Part shown: piece by piece, positions 50,964 through 62,300 of the stretch
How positions within the stretch are numbered: position 1 is the stretch's first letter
How the letters are laid out: each line of letters starts with the position of its first letter
Assembly: GCA_963555815.3 (NCBI GenBank)
Contig: CAUVWX020000001.1
Location: 576,001-640,000, forward strand
Source: a bacterium
Lineage (GTDB): Bacteria; UBA8248; JACPRG01; G963555815
DNA: 64,000 bases
Direction of reading: 5' to 3'
Made by a program: the position numbers and the translations under genes
Notes under the pieces: generated by a model
Told to the model about the DNA's origin: nothing
The model's input: the letters and a program-made list of their open reading frames with translations, nothing else
The model's database searches: none

Positions 50964-51707
50964 TTAGAGCCACCTCAAGATCCATTCCGGGGTGAAGGAT
51001 TGGGCATAGCTGTTGAGGCGGGTGAACTGGCCCGTCAACAATAGAACCCCCATCAGGATCAGAACCACGCCGCCCGCCCGTTGAAAGATCGGCATCCACC
51101 CTCGAAACCCCTTCGAGAATTTGAAAAAGGTGTTCAAAGCCACGGAGCTCAGGAGGAAGGGAATGGCCAAGCCCGCCGAGTATATGACCAGAAGGCCCGT
51201 CCCCTGGCCTATCCCTCCTTGACTGCTCGCCAGGGTGAGAATGGCCCCCAGCGCCGGCCCCACACAGGGAGTCCAGGCTATCCCGAAGGAGATCCCCACG
51301 AGGAGCGCCCCTGCGTAGCCGATAGGCTTTTTATTTCCCATCAGCCGGTATTCCCGATAGAGAAAACTCGGCTTGAACACCCCGGCGACATAGAGTCCAA
51401 AGAGGATGATCACCCCGGCGCCCACATACGTGAGTACGCCGCGAAACCGGAAAAGGGCCTGGCCGAGAAGGCTGAAGGAGGCCCCCAGGGCGATAAAGAC
51501 GGCTGAAAAACCTAACACGAACAGAAGGGAGCTTACGAAGACTTTCCTGCGGATGGAGGAGCCCCCCTGCTCCTGCATCTCCTCCAGGGAAACCCCTGAT
51601 ACAACAGAGAGATAAGAGGGGATTAGGGGAAGCACACATGGAGAGAGAAATGAGATGAGGCCTGCCGCAAAAGCGACGAATGCAGATACACCAAACCCTA
51701 GATCCAT
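50964..51707 (-). CDS. ccdA: CcdA thiol-disulfide transporter
   Basis: SFLSPCVLPL and WTPCVGP; six TMs. Confidence 0.93.
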   Translation of the reverse strand: MDLGFGVSAFVAFAAGLISFLSPCVLPLIPSYLSVVSGVSLEEMQEQGGSSIRRKVFVSSLLFVLGFSAVFIALGASFSLLGQALFRFRGVLTYVGAGVIILFGLYVAGVFKPSFLYREYRLMGNKKPIGYAGALLVGISFGIAWTPCVGPALGAILTLASSQGGIGQGTGLLVIYSAGLAIPFLLSSVALNTFFKFSKGFRGWMPIFQRAGGVVLILMGVLLLTGQFTRLNSYAQSFTPEWILRWL

Positions 51708-51830
51708 ATCTATCTGTCTCCACTTTTAGCCCACCGTATCACCACAAAGACCAACCTGTCAAGGCCTGAAAGCGGTTTACCGTCAGCGAAGGCAGGGCTT
51801 TCAAACGCCAAGCCCCTCACCCTTTCTTCC

Positions 51831-52382
51831 TCACGAACCGCCTTCAAGGAGGGCCTCGATGAGCTGGTGGGCCTCCGGCGCGCCCCAATCCCTGTAGCCC
51901 GCCCCGCCGCCGACAAGACGCCCTTCTCGGTCCAGAAGAAAGGTCGTCGGGGTCGCTGGAACCATGAAGACCCTCGAGACCTCATTGGCCTGGTCGATGA
52001 GATGGGGGAAGGTCAGGTGGTTCTCCTCGACATAAGGCTTCACAACCTTCTCACCCGAAGAGTCAATAGAGATGGCCAAAATGATGAACCCCTGGTCCTT
52101 ATATTTTTGATAAAGGGCTTCGAGAGCCGGCCGCTCTCGTAGACAGTAGGGTCACCAGGTGGCCCAAAAATTCATGAGGATCACCATGCCCTCGAAATCC
52201 CGAAAGTTGACGCGCTTTCCCGAAACGTCCTTCAGCGAAAAGTTCGGGACATCAACGGGGGTCTTGAACCGGACCAGCTGAAGATTCGCGTAGAAAGATT
52301 CATCTACCGCCAGCACCGGACCGCCCCAGAGGACAAGCCCCAAAAGGGGGACAAGTAAGATTCCCCGAATCCAAGATGTCAT
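51831..52382 (-). CDS. TlpA-family selenoprotein (UxxC), 183 aa
   Basis: NFWATW-TGA-PYCLRERP...VPATPTT; TGA 52154-52152; ORFs 52152-52400 and 51831-52079 in the same frame; AAGGAG upstream. Confidence 0.92.
52121..52139 (-). promoter_or_regulatory. Candidate SECIS hairpin of the TlpA gene
   Basis: CGAGAGC-GGCCG-GCUCUCG, 12 nt after UGA, loop starting with G. Confidence 0.7.
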
Positions 52383-52488
52383 CCCTATTTTCTCCTTCAA
52401 CCCTATTTCCTCTACCTATTCTCTTAAGAACAACCTTCATTGCCCTTTTGATCCAACGAATTTCTCCAAACAAAATTCCCCACAACCC

Positions 52489-53463
52489 CTAAGGTGTGAA
52501 GACCTCATTGACCCCACTGTAGGAACCGCCCGGCCTATGGCCCCCTGAGAGAACGAAGATCCGGTCCCCGATGACTGCGGCCCCAAGTCCGTGACGGGCC
52601 GTCGTCATCGGCGCTCTTTGGGTCCAGCGATCCGTGGCGGGGTCATACTCCTCATTTTCTGAAAAGGTCTTGCTCGCGGACTCCCCTCCGAAGATAAAGA
52701 TCCGACCGGCAAAGACAGCGGCCGCAATCCCGCTCCTTGGGGTCGGAAGAGGGGCGCGCTCCTCCCAGGCGTCCTCCTTGGGGTCGTAGACTTCATGTGT
52801 GCCAAGATTTCTCACAAAATTCCCAACTCTCCCCCCGATGACATGAAGGCGATCTCTCACGACGGCTGAGGCGATATGGTTGCGGGCCGTCGGCGTGGGG
52901 GTCCTTTGCTCCCAGCGGTCAGTCTCCGGGTCGTAAACTTCATTGGCCGTGACGTCTGATCCAAAAGCTCGTCCGCCCACGGCATAGATTTTCCCCTCAA
53001 TGACGCCTGCGGCGAGGGCCCCCCGGGCTGTGGGCATCGGCGCCCGCTCCCGCCAATGATCCTCCCTGGGGTCATACTCGTAGAGGTTCTCTAACGCCTG
53101 CCAGGTGAAGTCTCCCCCGAAGCCGCCTATGACATAGAGTTTTTCACCGACGACGGCGACGGCCGTATGGTGAAGGACCTCTGGCAAAGGAGCCGCTTGC
53201 CGCCAGATCTGGGTCTCCGGGTCATAGACCTCAACCAGACGGGTCATCCCACCCCCCATGAACCCGCCGACAACGTAGATCTTTCCTCCAAGGACGCCAA
53301 CCCCCACCTCACTCCGGTCCGTGGGTGCCGAAGGCTCAATGGCCCAACTCCCCTGGGCGGCCGAAAACCCTCTCCCCAGGAGAAAAACGCAGGTTAAGAG
53401 GAGAAGAGTTCTGAGAGTGGATTTGAGCCCCCAGCCTGGTCGAGGCCGCTTTGCCCCTCTCAT
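52489..53463 (-). CDS. Exported Kelch-repeat beta-propeller protein
   Basis: Six GG...EVYDP..W Kelch repeats after a signal-like segment. Confidence 0.92.
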   Translation of the reverse strand: MRGAKRPRPGWGLKSTLRTLLLLTCVFLLGRGFSAAQGSWAIEPSAPTDRSEVGVGVLGGKIYVVGGFMGGGMTRLVEVYDPETQIWRQAAPLPEVLHHTAVAVVGEKLYVIGGFGGDFTWQALENLYEYDPREDHWRERAPMPTARGALAAGVIEGKIYAVGGRAFGSDVTANEVYDPETDRWEQRTPTPTARNHIASAVVRDRLHVIGGRVGNFVRNLGTHEVYDPKEDAWEERAPLPTPRSGIAAAVFAGRIFIFGGESASKTFSENEEYDPATDRWTQRAPMTTARHGLGAAVIGDRIFVLSGGHRPGGSYSGVNEVFTP

Positions 53464-53799
53464 TGGCCGTCTCTCACCCCGTGTTTCAGCCAGCGGCTGA
53501 AGAAAAAGGACCATCCTAACGGTTATTGGGGAACGCCGAAGGTCATCCCACCCCTTCGGCAACCTCGAATTATATCCACAATCTTCCCAGATTTACAGAG
53601 ATTGCGCACCAATGGGGGACAAGAAGTTGCCTCAGCATCCCGAATACTATCGTGTCCAAGAGGTTGACGCAGGGGAAAAACGATCCCATCTTATTCTTTC
53701 AGAAGAAGGAGATTCTCTGCCCGATCCCCGGAGATCGGGCGTATATATGAAATAAACAGCACATGATTGGACCTGGGGCCTTCCGGCTGGGGCTGAAAA

Positions 53800-54573
53800 A
53801 TGCGAAAGGTTCGATGGCCCTACCAGGTGAGAGGGTTCCTTGCGGGAGCTCTCAACCTTTTCCTGCCATCCTCCTGTGCCGCCTGCGGGGTGAGTCTGAC
53901 ACCCGGGGTGGCGAGAGGGGAGATTCCCCGCCTTTGCGCCTCCTGCTGGGCGGAAATCTCCATCCTCCACCCTCCCTTCTGCCCAAAGTGCGGCCGGCCC
54001 TTTGGTTCAGAAGCAGCGCTGAGCGACTCCCCGGAGCACCGCTGCGGGGACTGCCGTCTGAGAGAGCCGCATTTCGACGCCGCCCGCGCGGTAGGGGCCT
54101 ATAAGGGGGCCCTGCGGGAGACCATCCACACCTACAAATACGGAAATGTCAGCGCCCTCGGCGCCTCCCTGGGCGGGCTCCTGGCGGATCGCTTTGGGGA
54201 ACACTTTGGGAAGGACGCCATCGATTTGGTGACCCACGTGCCCCTGAGCCCTCAAAGGTGGAGAGAGCGCGGCTTTGACCAGGCCTGGCTCCTGGCCCGA
54301 GGCCTTGCAAGGCGTTCGGGTCTCAGGGCAAGGGCATACGTCCTGGACCGGATCCGGTGGGGCGGCCCTCAGACGGAGTTGAAGGAGGAGGCCCGATGGA
54401 GAAATGTCCGGGGCGCCTTTGTCCTGAAGGCCCCTTCCCTGGTTCAGTCCAAGCGGATCCTCGTGGTGGACGATGTCCTAACAACGGGGGCCACGGCGAG
54501 TGAGTACGCCAAGGTTCTCAAGGGCGGAGGGGCTGAGGCCGTCTACGTCTATGCCCTCGCCCGGACCACCTAG
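53800..54573 (+). CDS. ComF family protein (double zinc ribbon + PRTase domain)
   Basis: CAAC, CASC, CPKC, CGDC; RGFDQA; VDDVLTTGAT. Confidence 0.92.
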   Translation: MRKVRWPYQVRGFLAGALNLFLPSSCAACGVSLTPGVARGEIPRLCASCWAEISILHPPFCPKCGRPFGSEAALSDSPEHRCGDCRLREPHFDAARAVGAYKGALRETIHTYKYGNVSALGASLGGLLADRFGEHFGKDAIDLVTHVPLSPQRWRERGFDQAWLLARGLARRSGLRARAYVLDRIRWGGPQTELKEEARWRNVRGAFVLKAPSLVQSKRILVVDDVLTTGATASEYAKVLKGGGAEAVYVYALARTT

Positions 54574-54640
54574 GCCCTTTGTCCCCGAAGAAACTTTTGA
54601 CCTGAGCGAGCGGGGATTATATTCTGTAAACTATCTGTGA

Positions 54641-55773
<1,133 letters not shown>

Positions 55774-55774
<1 letters not shown>

Positions 55775-56976
55775 TGGATTTTTTGACGCTAGCGGACGTT
55801 GAGGTGGAGGGAAAAGGGGTGTTCGTCCGATGCGACTTCAATGTCCCCCTCAGTGAGGACGGCCAGGTCGCCGACGAGACCCGGATCCGAGCCACTCTTC
55901 CAACGCTGAAGCGGCTTCAAGAGGGAGGGGTGCGGGCACTTCTGGCCTCTCATCTTGGGAGGCCCAAGGGGAAGCCTAACCCGTCTCTAAGCCTTCGTCC
56001 CGTGGCGAAGCGTCTGGGGGAGATTCTGGGAAAAGAGGTCCCTTTTGTTGCGGACTGTGTGGGTCCCGAGGTGAAATCGGCAGCGGCGGCGCTTCAGGAG
56101 GGCGGATTCCTTCTCCTCGAGAACCTCCGCTTCCATCCGGGCGAGGAGAAAAATGACCGCGAGTTTGCCCGGGCCCTGGCCGGGCCCTGCGAATTGTATG
56201 TCAATGACGCATTCGCAAGCTCACACCGGGCTCACGCCTCTGTGGCCGCCATCGCCGAGTTTCTGCAGCCCGCTGTCGCCGGACTTCTCCTGGAGAAAGA
56301 GATCCAAACTCTCTCTCAGGTCATGGACTCGCCTGGCCGGCCTATGGTGGCCATCTGTGGGGGAGCGAAGGTCTCGGACAAGCTCAATCTCATCAAGAAG
56401 TTGCTGGACCAGGTGGACAAGGTCATCGTGGGGGGGGCCATGGCCTTCACCTTCCTTCGGGCCCAGGGTCTTGAAGTGGAGGCCTCGCGGGTGGAGGAGG
56501 AGTTGACGGAGGAGGCCTCCCAGATCCTGGAGAAGGCGAAAGAGGCGGGGGTTGCCTTCCTGCTGCCCGTTGACTTGGTGGTGGCAGACCAGTGCTCGCC
56601 CGAGGCCCAGACCCGCATCGTCTCGGCCGAGGAGATCCCGCCTGGCTGGATGGGGCTTGATATCGGACCGAGGACGCGCTCGCTTTTCGGCAAGGCCCTT
56701 AAAGGCGCACAAACCATTGTCTGGAACGGGCCTATGGGTGTCTTTGAGATGAAGCCTTTTTCTCGTGGGACCTTTGAGATTCTGGAGCAAGTGACCGCCT
56801 CGGGGGCCCGGACAGTTGTCGGGGGAGGGGATACCGATGTGGCTGTCCATCAGGCGGGGGCGGCCCAAAAAATCTCCTTCATCTCCACAGGGGGTGGGGC
56901 GTTTCTGGAATTTCTGGAAGGAAGAGAGCTCCCTGGGGTGACGGCTTTGACGAGGAGACCTTCAGTCCATGGCTGA
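55774..56976 (+). CDS. pgk: Phosphoglycerate kinase
   Basis: DFNVP, SHLGRP, LENLRF, GGAKVSDK, STGGGA. Confidence 0.97.
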
Positions 56977-57754
56977 GGGGGAAGCCCGCTCGGGCCGACG
57001 GCCCTTCATCGCCGGCAATTGGAAGATGAACACAACGGCCCGGGAGGCAGAGGCCCTGGCGGAGGACATCGCCAGAAACCTTCGAGAGCGTCCGGCGCCC
57101 GATGTGGAGGTGATGGTGGCTCCCCCGTTTCCCTACCTGGGCCTGGTGGCCCGCCGGCTGGAGGGAACAGGAGTGGCCCTTGGGGGTCAGGACGGCGGAT
57201 GGGCCGAGTCCGGCGCCTTTACAGGCGCGGTGTCCCCGTCTATGCTCAAGGATGTGGGGTGTACTTTCGTCATTTTGGGTCACTCAGAACGCCGCACGCA
57301 CCTCTCCGAGACCGACGAGATAGTGAGTCGGAAGGTGAAGGCGGCTCTCTCGGTCGGGCTGACCCCCATCCTTTGCGTGGGAGAGTCAGCCACCGCCCGA
57401 AAGCAGAGCCAGGCGGTCGAGGTCGTCACCCGTCAACTGGCGGGGAGCTTAAAGGGTGTCGAGGCCCCAGCTTTGGCCCGCCTGGTGGTGGCCTACGAGC
57501 CCGTCTGGGCCATCGGGACCGGGGATACGGCCACCCCAGAGCAGGCCCAGGAGATGCACGCCCTTATCCGGGAACGGCTCGCGGAGACAGGAAGCCCGGC
57601 CGCCGCCAAGGAGGTCCGGATACAGTACGGTGGAAGCGTGACCCCGGAGAGCATTGGGGGCGTCATGGCCCAGCCCGACGTGGACGGGGCCTTGGTGGGC
57701 GGGGCATCCCTGTCGGCCAAGAGTTTCCTCTCCATCATCTACGGAGGAAGGTGA
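56969..57754 (+). CDS. tpiA: Triosephosphate isomerase
   Basis: AGNWKM, GHSERR, AYEPVWAIGTG, YGGS. Confidence 0.97.
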   Translation: MAEGEARSGRRPFIAGNWKMNTTAREAEALAEDIARNLRERPAPDVEVMVAPPFPYLGLVARRLEGTGVALGGQDGGWAESGAFTGAVSPSMLKDVGCTFVILGHSERRTHLSETDEIVSRKVKAALSVGLTPILCVGESATARKQSQAVEVVTRQLAGSLKGVEAPALARLVVAYEPVWAIGTGDTATPEQAQEMHALIRERLAETGSPAAAKEVRIQYGGSVTPESIGGVMAQPDVDGALVGGASLSAKSFLSIIYGGR

Positions 57755-57758
57755 AGCG

Positions 57759-58148
57759 GTGCAGATTCCCCTCATATTACTCCATATCTTGGTAAGCCTT
57801 GTCCTCATCCTGATCGTCCTTCTCCAGACAGGAAAGGGGGCCTCCCTGGGGGCCGCCTTTGGCGGGGCGAGTCAGACCATCTTTGGCAGTCGCGGACCCG
57901 GGAGCTTTCTCGGCAAGCTGACGACCGCCGCCGCCATCATCTTCATGCTGACCTCTTTGATCCTGGCCTTCATCTCGCGACAACCCAGGACGCTGGTCTT
58001 CCCCGAACCCCCCTCCGCCTTTGAGGAAGGCGCCCCTCTCTCTCCATTCGAGGGAGGCTCTCCCTTTGAGGAAGGCTCTCCCTTTGAGGAAGGCTCTCCC
58101 TTCGGAGAAAGCACGCCCTTTGAGGGGAGCACCCCCGAGGACAGATAG
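57759..58148 (+). CDS. secG: Preprotein translocase subunit SecG with repeat tail
   Basis: LIVLLQTGKGASLGAAFGG...FLGKLT; follows tpiA. Confidence 0.93.
   Translation: MQIPLILLHILVSLVLILIVLLQTGKGASLGAAFGGASQTIFGSRGPGSFLGKLTTAAAIIFMLTSLILAFISRQPRTLVFPEPPSAFEEGAPLSPFEGGSPFEEGSPFEEGSPFGESTPFEGSTPEDR
58017..58137 (+). repeat. 18-bp tandem repeats encoding PFEEGS
   Basis: cctttgaggaaggctctc twice exactly, plus about four degenerate copies. Confidence 0.85.
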
Positions 58149-58166
58149 TGCCGGAGCCCTCTATCG

Positions 58167-60290
58167 ATGGCCATTAAGCGCGTCCTTTTCCTACTGCCCG
58201 TGGCCGTCGCCCTCCTCTTCGTGGCGGCCTTTCTCGGGGCACTTCCGAATTTTGACAAAAAGGTCAACCAGCTTGTCTTAAGCTCCATCGGCGACGCCGA
58301 GAAGCTAAACCCCATCCTTTCCGTGGATTCAGCCTCAAGCGACATCAATGGCTTCATCTTCAACGGCCTGGTCAAGTTCAATGAAAACCTGGAGATGGTC
58401 GCAGACCTGGCCGAGCGGTGGACAGTACGGCAGGTCTCGCGGATCTATCTTCGGCCGCAGGCCGCCCTGTCGGCGCAAGAGACGGCCCGCCGTCTGAATG
58501 CCGCCCTGGAACCCAAGACCCGAGAGGATCTTCAGATCACGGAGATCCGTCCCGTCAGTGAGAGAGAGGTGGAAGTCCTCCTCGACACGGCGGGAACAGC
58601 GGTGGAGGAATTTCTGGTCGCCGCCCTCCCAAAAGAGGTTTTTGTCCCCCTGACGCGGGCTGATCTGGACCTCTCCTCTGAGCAGAAGGTTTTCAAAGGA
58701 CCTAAAGAGCTTTCAGAGAAGGTCCGGCAAGAACTCTCCAAGGCGGGTCTTTCGGTGGTCGAGACTAAGGTCAAACCCTGGGGGACCGTCTCCCTTCGGA
58801 CAGTTGGAGAGGAGGAAACGGTCCGCCTGGCCCTTCGCCCCATCCTGGAAGCAGGGGAGGGGGAGGGGGAAGAGAAGACTCCCGCGGTTCACCTGAGTTC
58901 CATAGAATCCTTCCCCATCGAGCATCGGCCGGTCATCACCTTCTCTCTCCGCCCCAATGTCCGCTGGCATGACGGGGAGCCCTTCACCTCGAAGGATGTG
59001 GAGTTCACCTTTCTCAAGGTCATGGACCCCGGAACGAACACGGTCCGCCGACCCATGTTCGAGCTCGTGGACCGGCTGGAGACTCCAGACCCACACACCG
59101 TTCGGGTGACCTACTGGAAGCCTTTTGCCCCAAGCCTGGAGAGCTGGGCCATCGGCGTCATTCCCGAGCACCTCTTCCGGGACCAGGACATCAACACGTC
59201 CTCCCTCAACCGGAATCCCGTGGGAACAGGGCCCTTTAAGTTTAAGGTGTGGGAAGCCGATGAGGTGATCACCCTTGTCGCTAACCCCGACTACTTCGAG
59301 GGTGCTCCCAACCTGCGCCAGCTCTCCTACCGCATCATCCCCGAGCCTCCGCTGAAGGAGCTGGAGTTCTTCATTGAGGGGGTGGACCTCGATACGCCCC
59401 AGCCTCACCAGTACCACCGCTACATCACCGACGAGCGGTTCAAGGTCTATGAACGTCTCGGAAACGGCTATACGTATATCGGATACAACCTGAGGCTTCC
59501 CCTCTTTCAAGATGTGCGGGTGCGCCAGGCCTTGACCCACGCCATCGACCGGGAGGCCATCGTGAAGTTTCTCCTCTTTGACCTCGGTGTCCCTTCGACA
59601 GGTCCCTTTCCCCCTCAGTTCTGGTACTCGCCGCCCGACGTGAAGCCGCTCCCTTACGACCCCGAGAAGGCCGGGCGTCTTCTCGACGAGGCCGGCTGGA
59701 GAGACACGGACGGGGATGGCCTCTTGGACAAGGACGGGGAGCCTTTTCGCTTCACCCTCATGACGAATAACGGAAACAACCTCCGGATCAACACCGCCGT
59801 CCTGGTCCAGCGCCAGCTCGAGGAGATTGGGATCGACGTCAAGATCGAGCTCTTCGAGTGGTCCGTTTTCATCCGGGACAAGGTCAATCCGAGGAATTTT
59901 GAGGCGGTGGTCCTCGGGTGGGGGCTCGGCCTGGACCCCGACGTCTATGAGATCTGGCATTCAAGCCAGACAGAGAAGGGTTTTAACTTTGTCGGCTATC
60001 GCAACCCCGAGGTGGACCGCCTCATCGAAGCCGGAAGGACCACCTTCGACCGGGAAGAGCGAACGCCCATCTACTGGAAGATCCATGAGCTCATCCACGA
60101 GGACCAGCCCTACACCTTCCTATACGTGGGCAAGGGGACACCTGCCCTTCACGAGGGGAAGTTTAGGTTAAAGCGGAGCACCGATCGCCAGGAGGTCGTC
60201 GAGGATATCACCATGACCGAGAACGGCCTCCTCTACTTCTTCAAGGACTGGTTTCGGGTGAGAGGCCGCGCCGTCTTCACGTCCTCCTAG
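58167..60290 (+). CDS. Peptide ABC transporter substrate-binding protein (family 5) with large insertion
   Basis: LNPI, DLAERW, WHDGEPFT, PVGTGPF, VRVRQAL. Confidence 0.92.
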   Translation: MAIKRVLFLLPVAVALLFVAAFLGALPNFDKKVNQLVLSSIGDAEKLNPILSVDSASSDINGFIFNGLVKFNENLEMVADLAERWTVRQVSRIYLRPQAALSAQETARRLNAALEPKTREDLQITEIRPVSEREVEVLLDTAGTAVEEFLVAALPKEVFVPLTRADLDLSSEQKVFKGPKELSEKVRQELSKAGLSVVETKVKPWGTVSLRTVGEEETVRLALRPILEAGEGEGEEKTPAVHLSSIESFPIEHRPVITFSLRPNVRWHDGEPFTSKDVEFTFLKVMDPGTNTVRRPMFELVDRLETPDPHTVRVTYWKPFAPSLESWAIGVIPEHLFRDQDINTSSLNRNPVGTGPFKFKVWEADEVITLVANPDYFEGAPNLRQLSYRIIPEPPLKELEFFIEGVDLDTPQPHQYHRYITDERFKVYERLGNGYTYIGYNLRLPLFQDVRVRQALTHAIDREAIVKFLLFDLGVPSTGPFPPQFWYSPPDVKPLPYDPEKAGRLLDEAGWRDTDGDGLLDKDGEPFRFTLMTNNGNNLRINTAVLVQRQLEEIGIDVKIELFEWSVFIRDKVNPRNFEAVVLGWGLGLDPDVYEIWHSSQTEKGFNFVGYRNPEVDRLIEAGRTTFDREERTPIYWKIHELIHEDQPYTFLYVGKGTPALHEGKFRLKRSTDRQEVVEDITMTENGLLYFFKDWFRVRGRAVFTSS

Positions 60291-60297
60291 GGGTAAA

Positions 60298-61257
60298 ATG
60301 TTCCAATTCATCCTTCGCAGGCTCATCCAGTCCATCCCGGTCCTCTTCGGGATCAGCGTCCTCTCCTTCGCCATGATCCACCTCGCCCCCGGCTCCCCCC
60401 TGGGGGTTCTCATGGACCCCAAGGTGCCCCCCAAGGTAGTGGAGCAGTGGGAGAGGAATTTCAATCTGGACAAATCTCTCCCCGCGCAGTACGGCCTTTG
60501 GCTGAAGAACCTGGCGACGGGCGACCTCAGATCCTTTAAGGACGGGCGTCCCGTTATCGATAAGATCATGGAGCGGCTCCCGGCCACCCTCATCCTCAAC
60601 CTCGTGGCCACCATCATCATTTTCTCCATCGCGATCCCCTTAGGGGTCTATTCGGCCACGCACCGGTATTCCCTGGCTGATCACACGACCACCCTCTTCG
60701 CCTTTGTGGGGATCAGTATGCCCAGCTTCTGGCTGGCCTATATGCTGATCCTCCTCATCGTCCAGGGCCTGGGTCTCCCCATCCTGGGGTCAAGGACCTT
60801 TGGTCTGACGGAAGTGGGGGCTGTGGCGGGCCTCGCGGACCGCCTGTGGCACCTCTTTCTCCCCTCCGTCATCCTCTCCGTCGCCGGCATCGCCTCTCTC
60901 TCCCGCTACATGCGAGGGAGCATGCTGGAGGTGACCCGGCAGGACTACATCACTACGGCCCTCGCCAAGGGGCTCCCCGACGACGAGGTCCGCTACCGAC
61001 ACGGCCTTCGAAACGCTCTTATGCCCATCATCACCATCTTCGGCTTCCTCATCCCGACCCTCATCGGGGGCTCGGTCATCATCGAGTCCATCTTCGCCTG
61101 GCCGGGGATCGGCCGGCTGGCCTACCAGTCGGTCCTCTCTCGGGATTACCCCACCATCATGACCATCAACATGATCACGGCCATCCTCGTCATCCTGGGG
61201 AACTTGATGGCCGACGTCCTCTACGGCGTTGTGGACCCCCGGGTCAAGGTGAAATAA
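60298..61257 (+). CDS. Peptide ABC permease (OppB/DppB)
   Basis: QDYITTALAKG, HGLRNA, FAWPGIG, DPRV. Confidence 0.93.
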   Translation: MFQFILRRLIQSIPVLFGISVLSFAMIHLAPGSPLGVLMDPKVPPKVVEQWERNFNLDKSLPAQYGLWLKNLATGDLRSFKDGRPVIDKIMERLPATLILNLVATIIIFSIAIPLGVYSATHRYSLADHTTTLFAFVGISMPSFWLAYMLILLIVQGLGLPILGSRTFGLTEVGAVAGLADRLWHLFLPSVILSVAGIASLSRYMRGSMLEVTRQDYITTALAKGLPDDEVRYRHGLRNALMPIITIFGFLIPTLIGGSVIIESIFAWPGIGRLAYQSVLSRDYPTIMTINMITAILVILGNLMADVLYGVVDPRVKVK

Positions 61258-61261
61258 CCCC

Positions 61262-62167
61262 ATGATCGCTGAAGCCCCGGCCATCGCCGCCGCCCCGCCC
61301 CGTGAGGCCTACCGGCCCTTTGCCGCCTTTGTCTACCGCTTCAAGCAAAACCGGCTTGCCGTCGGCGGCACGCTCGTCATCGGATTCTTCTTCCTTCTCT
61401 CCTTCGTCTTTTGGCTCTTCTCGGTGCAAGGTTTTCAATGGCCTTACGACCCCGCGGCCACTGAGGTCTCGGCCCAGCTTCTGCCGCCGTCAATAGAGCA
61501 CTGGCTGGGGACGGATCAGCTCGGGCGGGACGTTTTCAGTCGGATGATGCACGGGGCCCGAGTCTCACTGATGGTGGGCTTTGTGGCGGTGGGGATCTCT
61601 CTCACCATCGGTATCCTGGTGGGGGCCGTCGCGGGCTTCTTTGGAGGCTGGGTGGACAACCTTCTGATGCGCTTTGTGGACGTGGTCATCTCCTTCCCGA
61701 GCTTCTTCCTCATCCTGACCGTCGTGGCGCTTCTCAGCCCGAGCTTCTGGAACGTCATGGTCGTCATCGGCTTGACGGGGTGGACCGGGACGGCCCGGTT
61801 CGTGCGGGCGGAGTTTTTGTCCATCAAGGAACGGGACTATGTCCAGTCCGCCCGGGCCCTGGGGGCCGGCCACCGGCGCATCATCTTCCGCCACATGCTC
61901 CCCAACTCCCTCGCCCCGGTTTTGGTCTCGGCGACGCTGGGGGTGGCGGGGGCCATCCTGACGGAGGCGGGTCTTTCGTTCCTCGGCTTTGGCGTCCAGC
62001 CTCCTACGGCCACCTGGGGGAACATCCTGACAGAGGGGCGCCTCTATATCTTTGACGCTTGGTGGCTCACGGTCTTTCCGGGACTCGCCATTCTCACCAC
62101 CGTCCTTGCCTTCAACCTCTTCGGCGAGGGTCTGAGGGACGCCCTGGACCCGAGGCTGAAAGGATAA
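61262..62167 (+). CDS. Peptide ABC permease (OppC/DppC)
   Basis: HWLGTDQLGRD, HMLPN, LSFLG, LRDALDPR. Confidence 0.93.
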   Translation: MIAEAPAIAAAPPREAYRPFAAFVYRFKQNRLAVGGTLVIGFFFLLSFVFWLFSVQGFQWPYDPAATEVSAQLLPPSIEHWLGTDQLGRDVFSRMMHGARVSLMVGFVAVGISLTIGILVGAVAGFFGGWVDNLLMRFVDVVISFPSFFLILTVVALLSPSFWNVMVVIGLTGWTGTARFVRAEFLSIKERDYVQSARALGAGHRRIIFRHMLPNSLAPVLVSATLGVAGAILTEAGLSFLGFGVQPPTATWGNILTEGRLYIFDAWWLTVFPGLAILTTVLAFNLFGEGLRDALDPRLKG

Positions 62168-62300
62168 GAATCGCATAATCGATTGATTTAAAGTGTGTTA
62201 TTTATCCGCTGGTGGGCTCAAAACCTTCGGGTCTTTGCGTTGACAGGCGGGGGGGCTGGGGGATAAATTCTACTTGCGGTTTAAAATTTAAAAGATAGGT

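Noticed and set aside
51710..51820. YbhB/YbcL-like remnant (LAFESPAFADGKPL)
   Set aside because: Too short to support; the region also contains a likely ccdA promoter
58017..58137. CRISPR array
   Set aside because: Contiguous in-frame 18-bp coding repeats with no spacers and no cas genes
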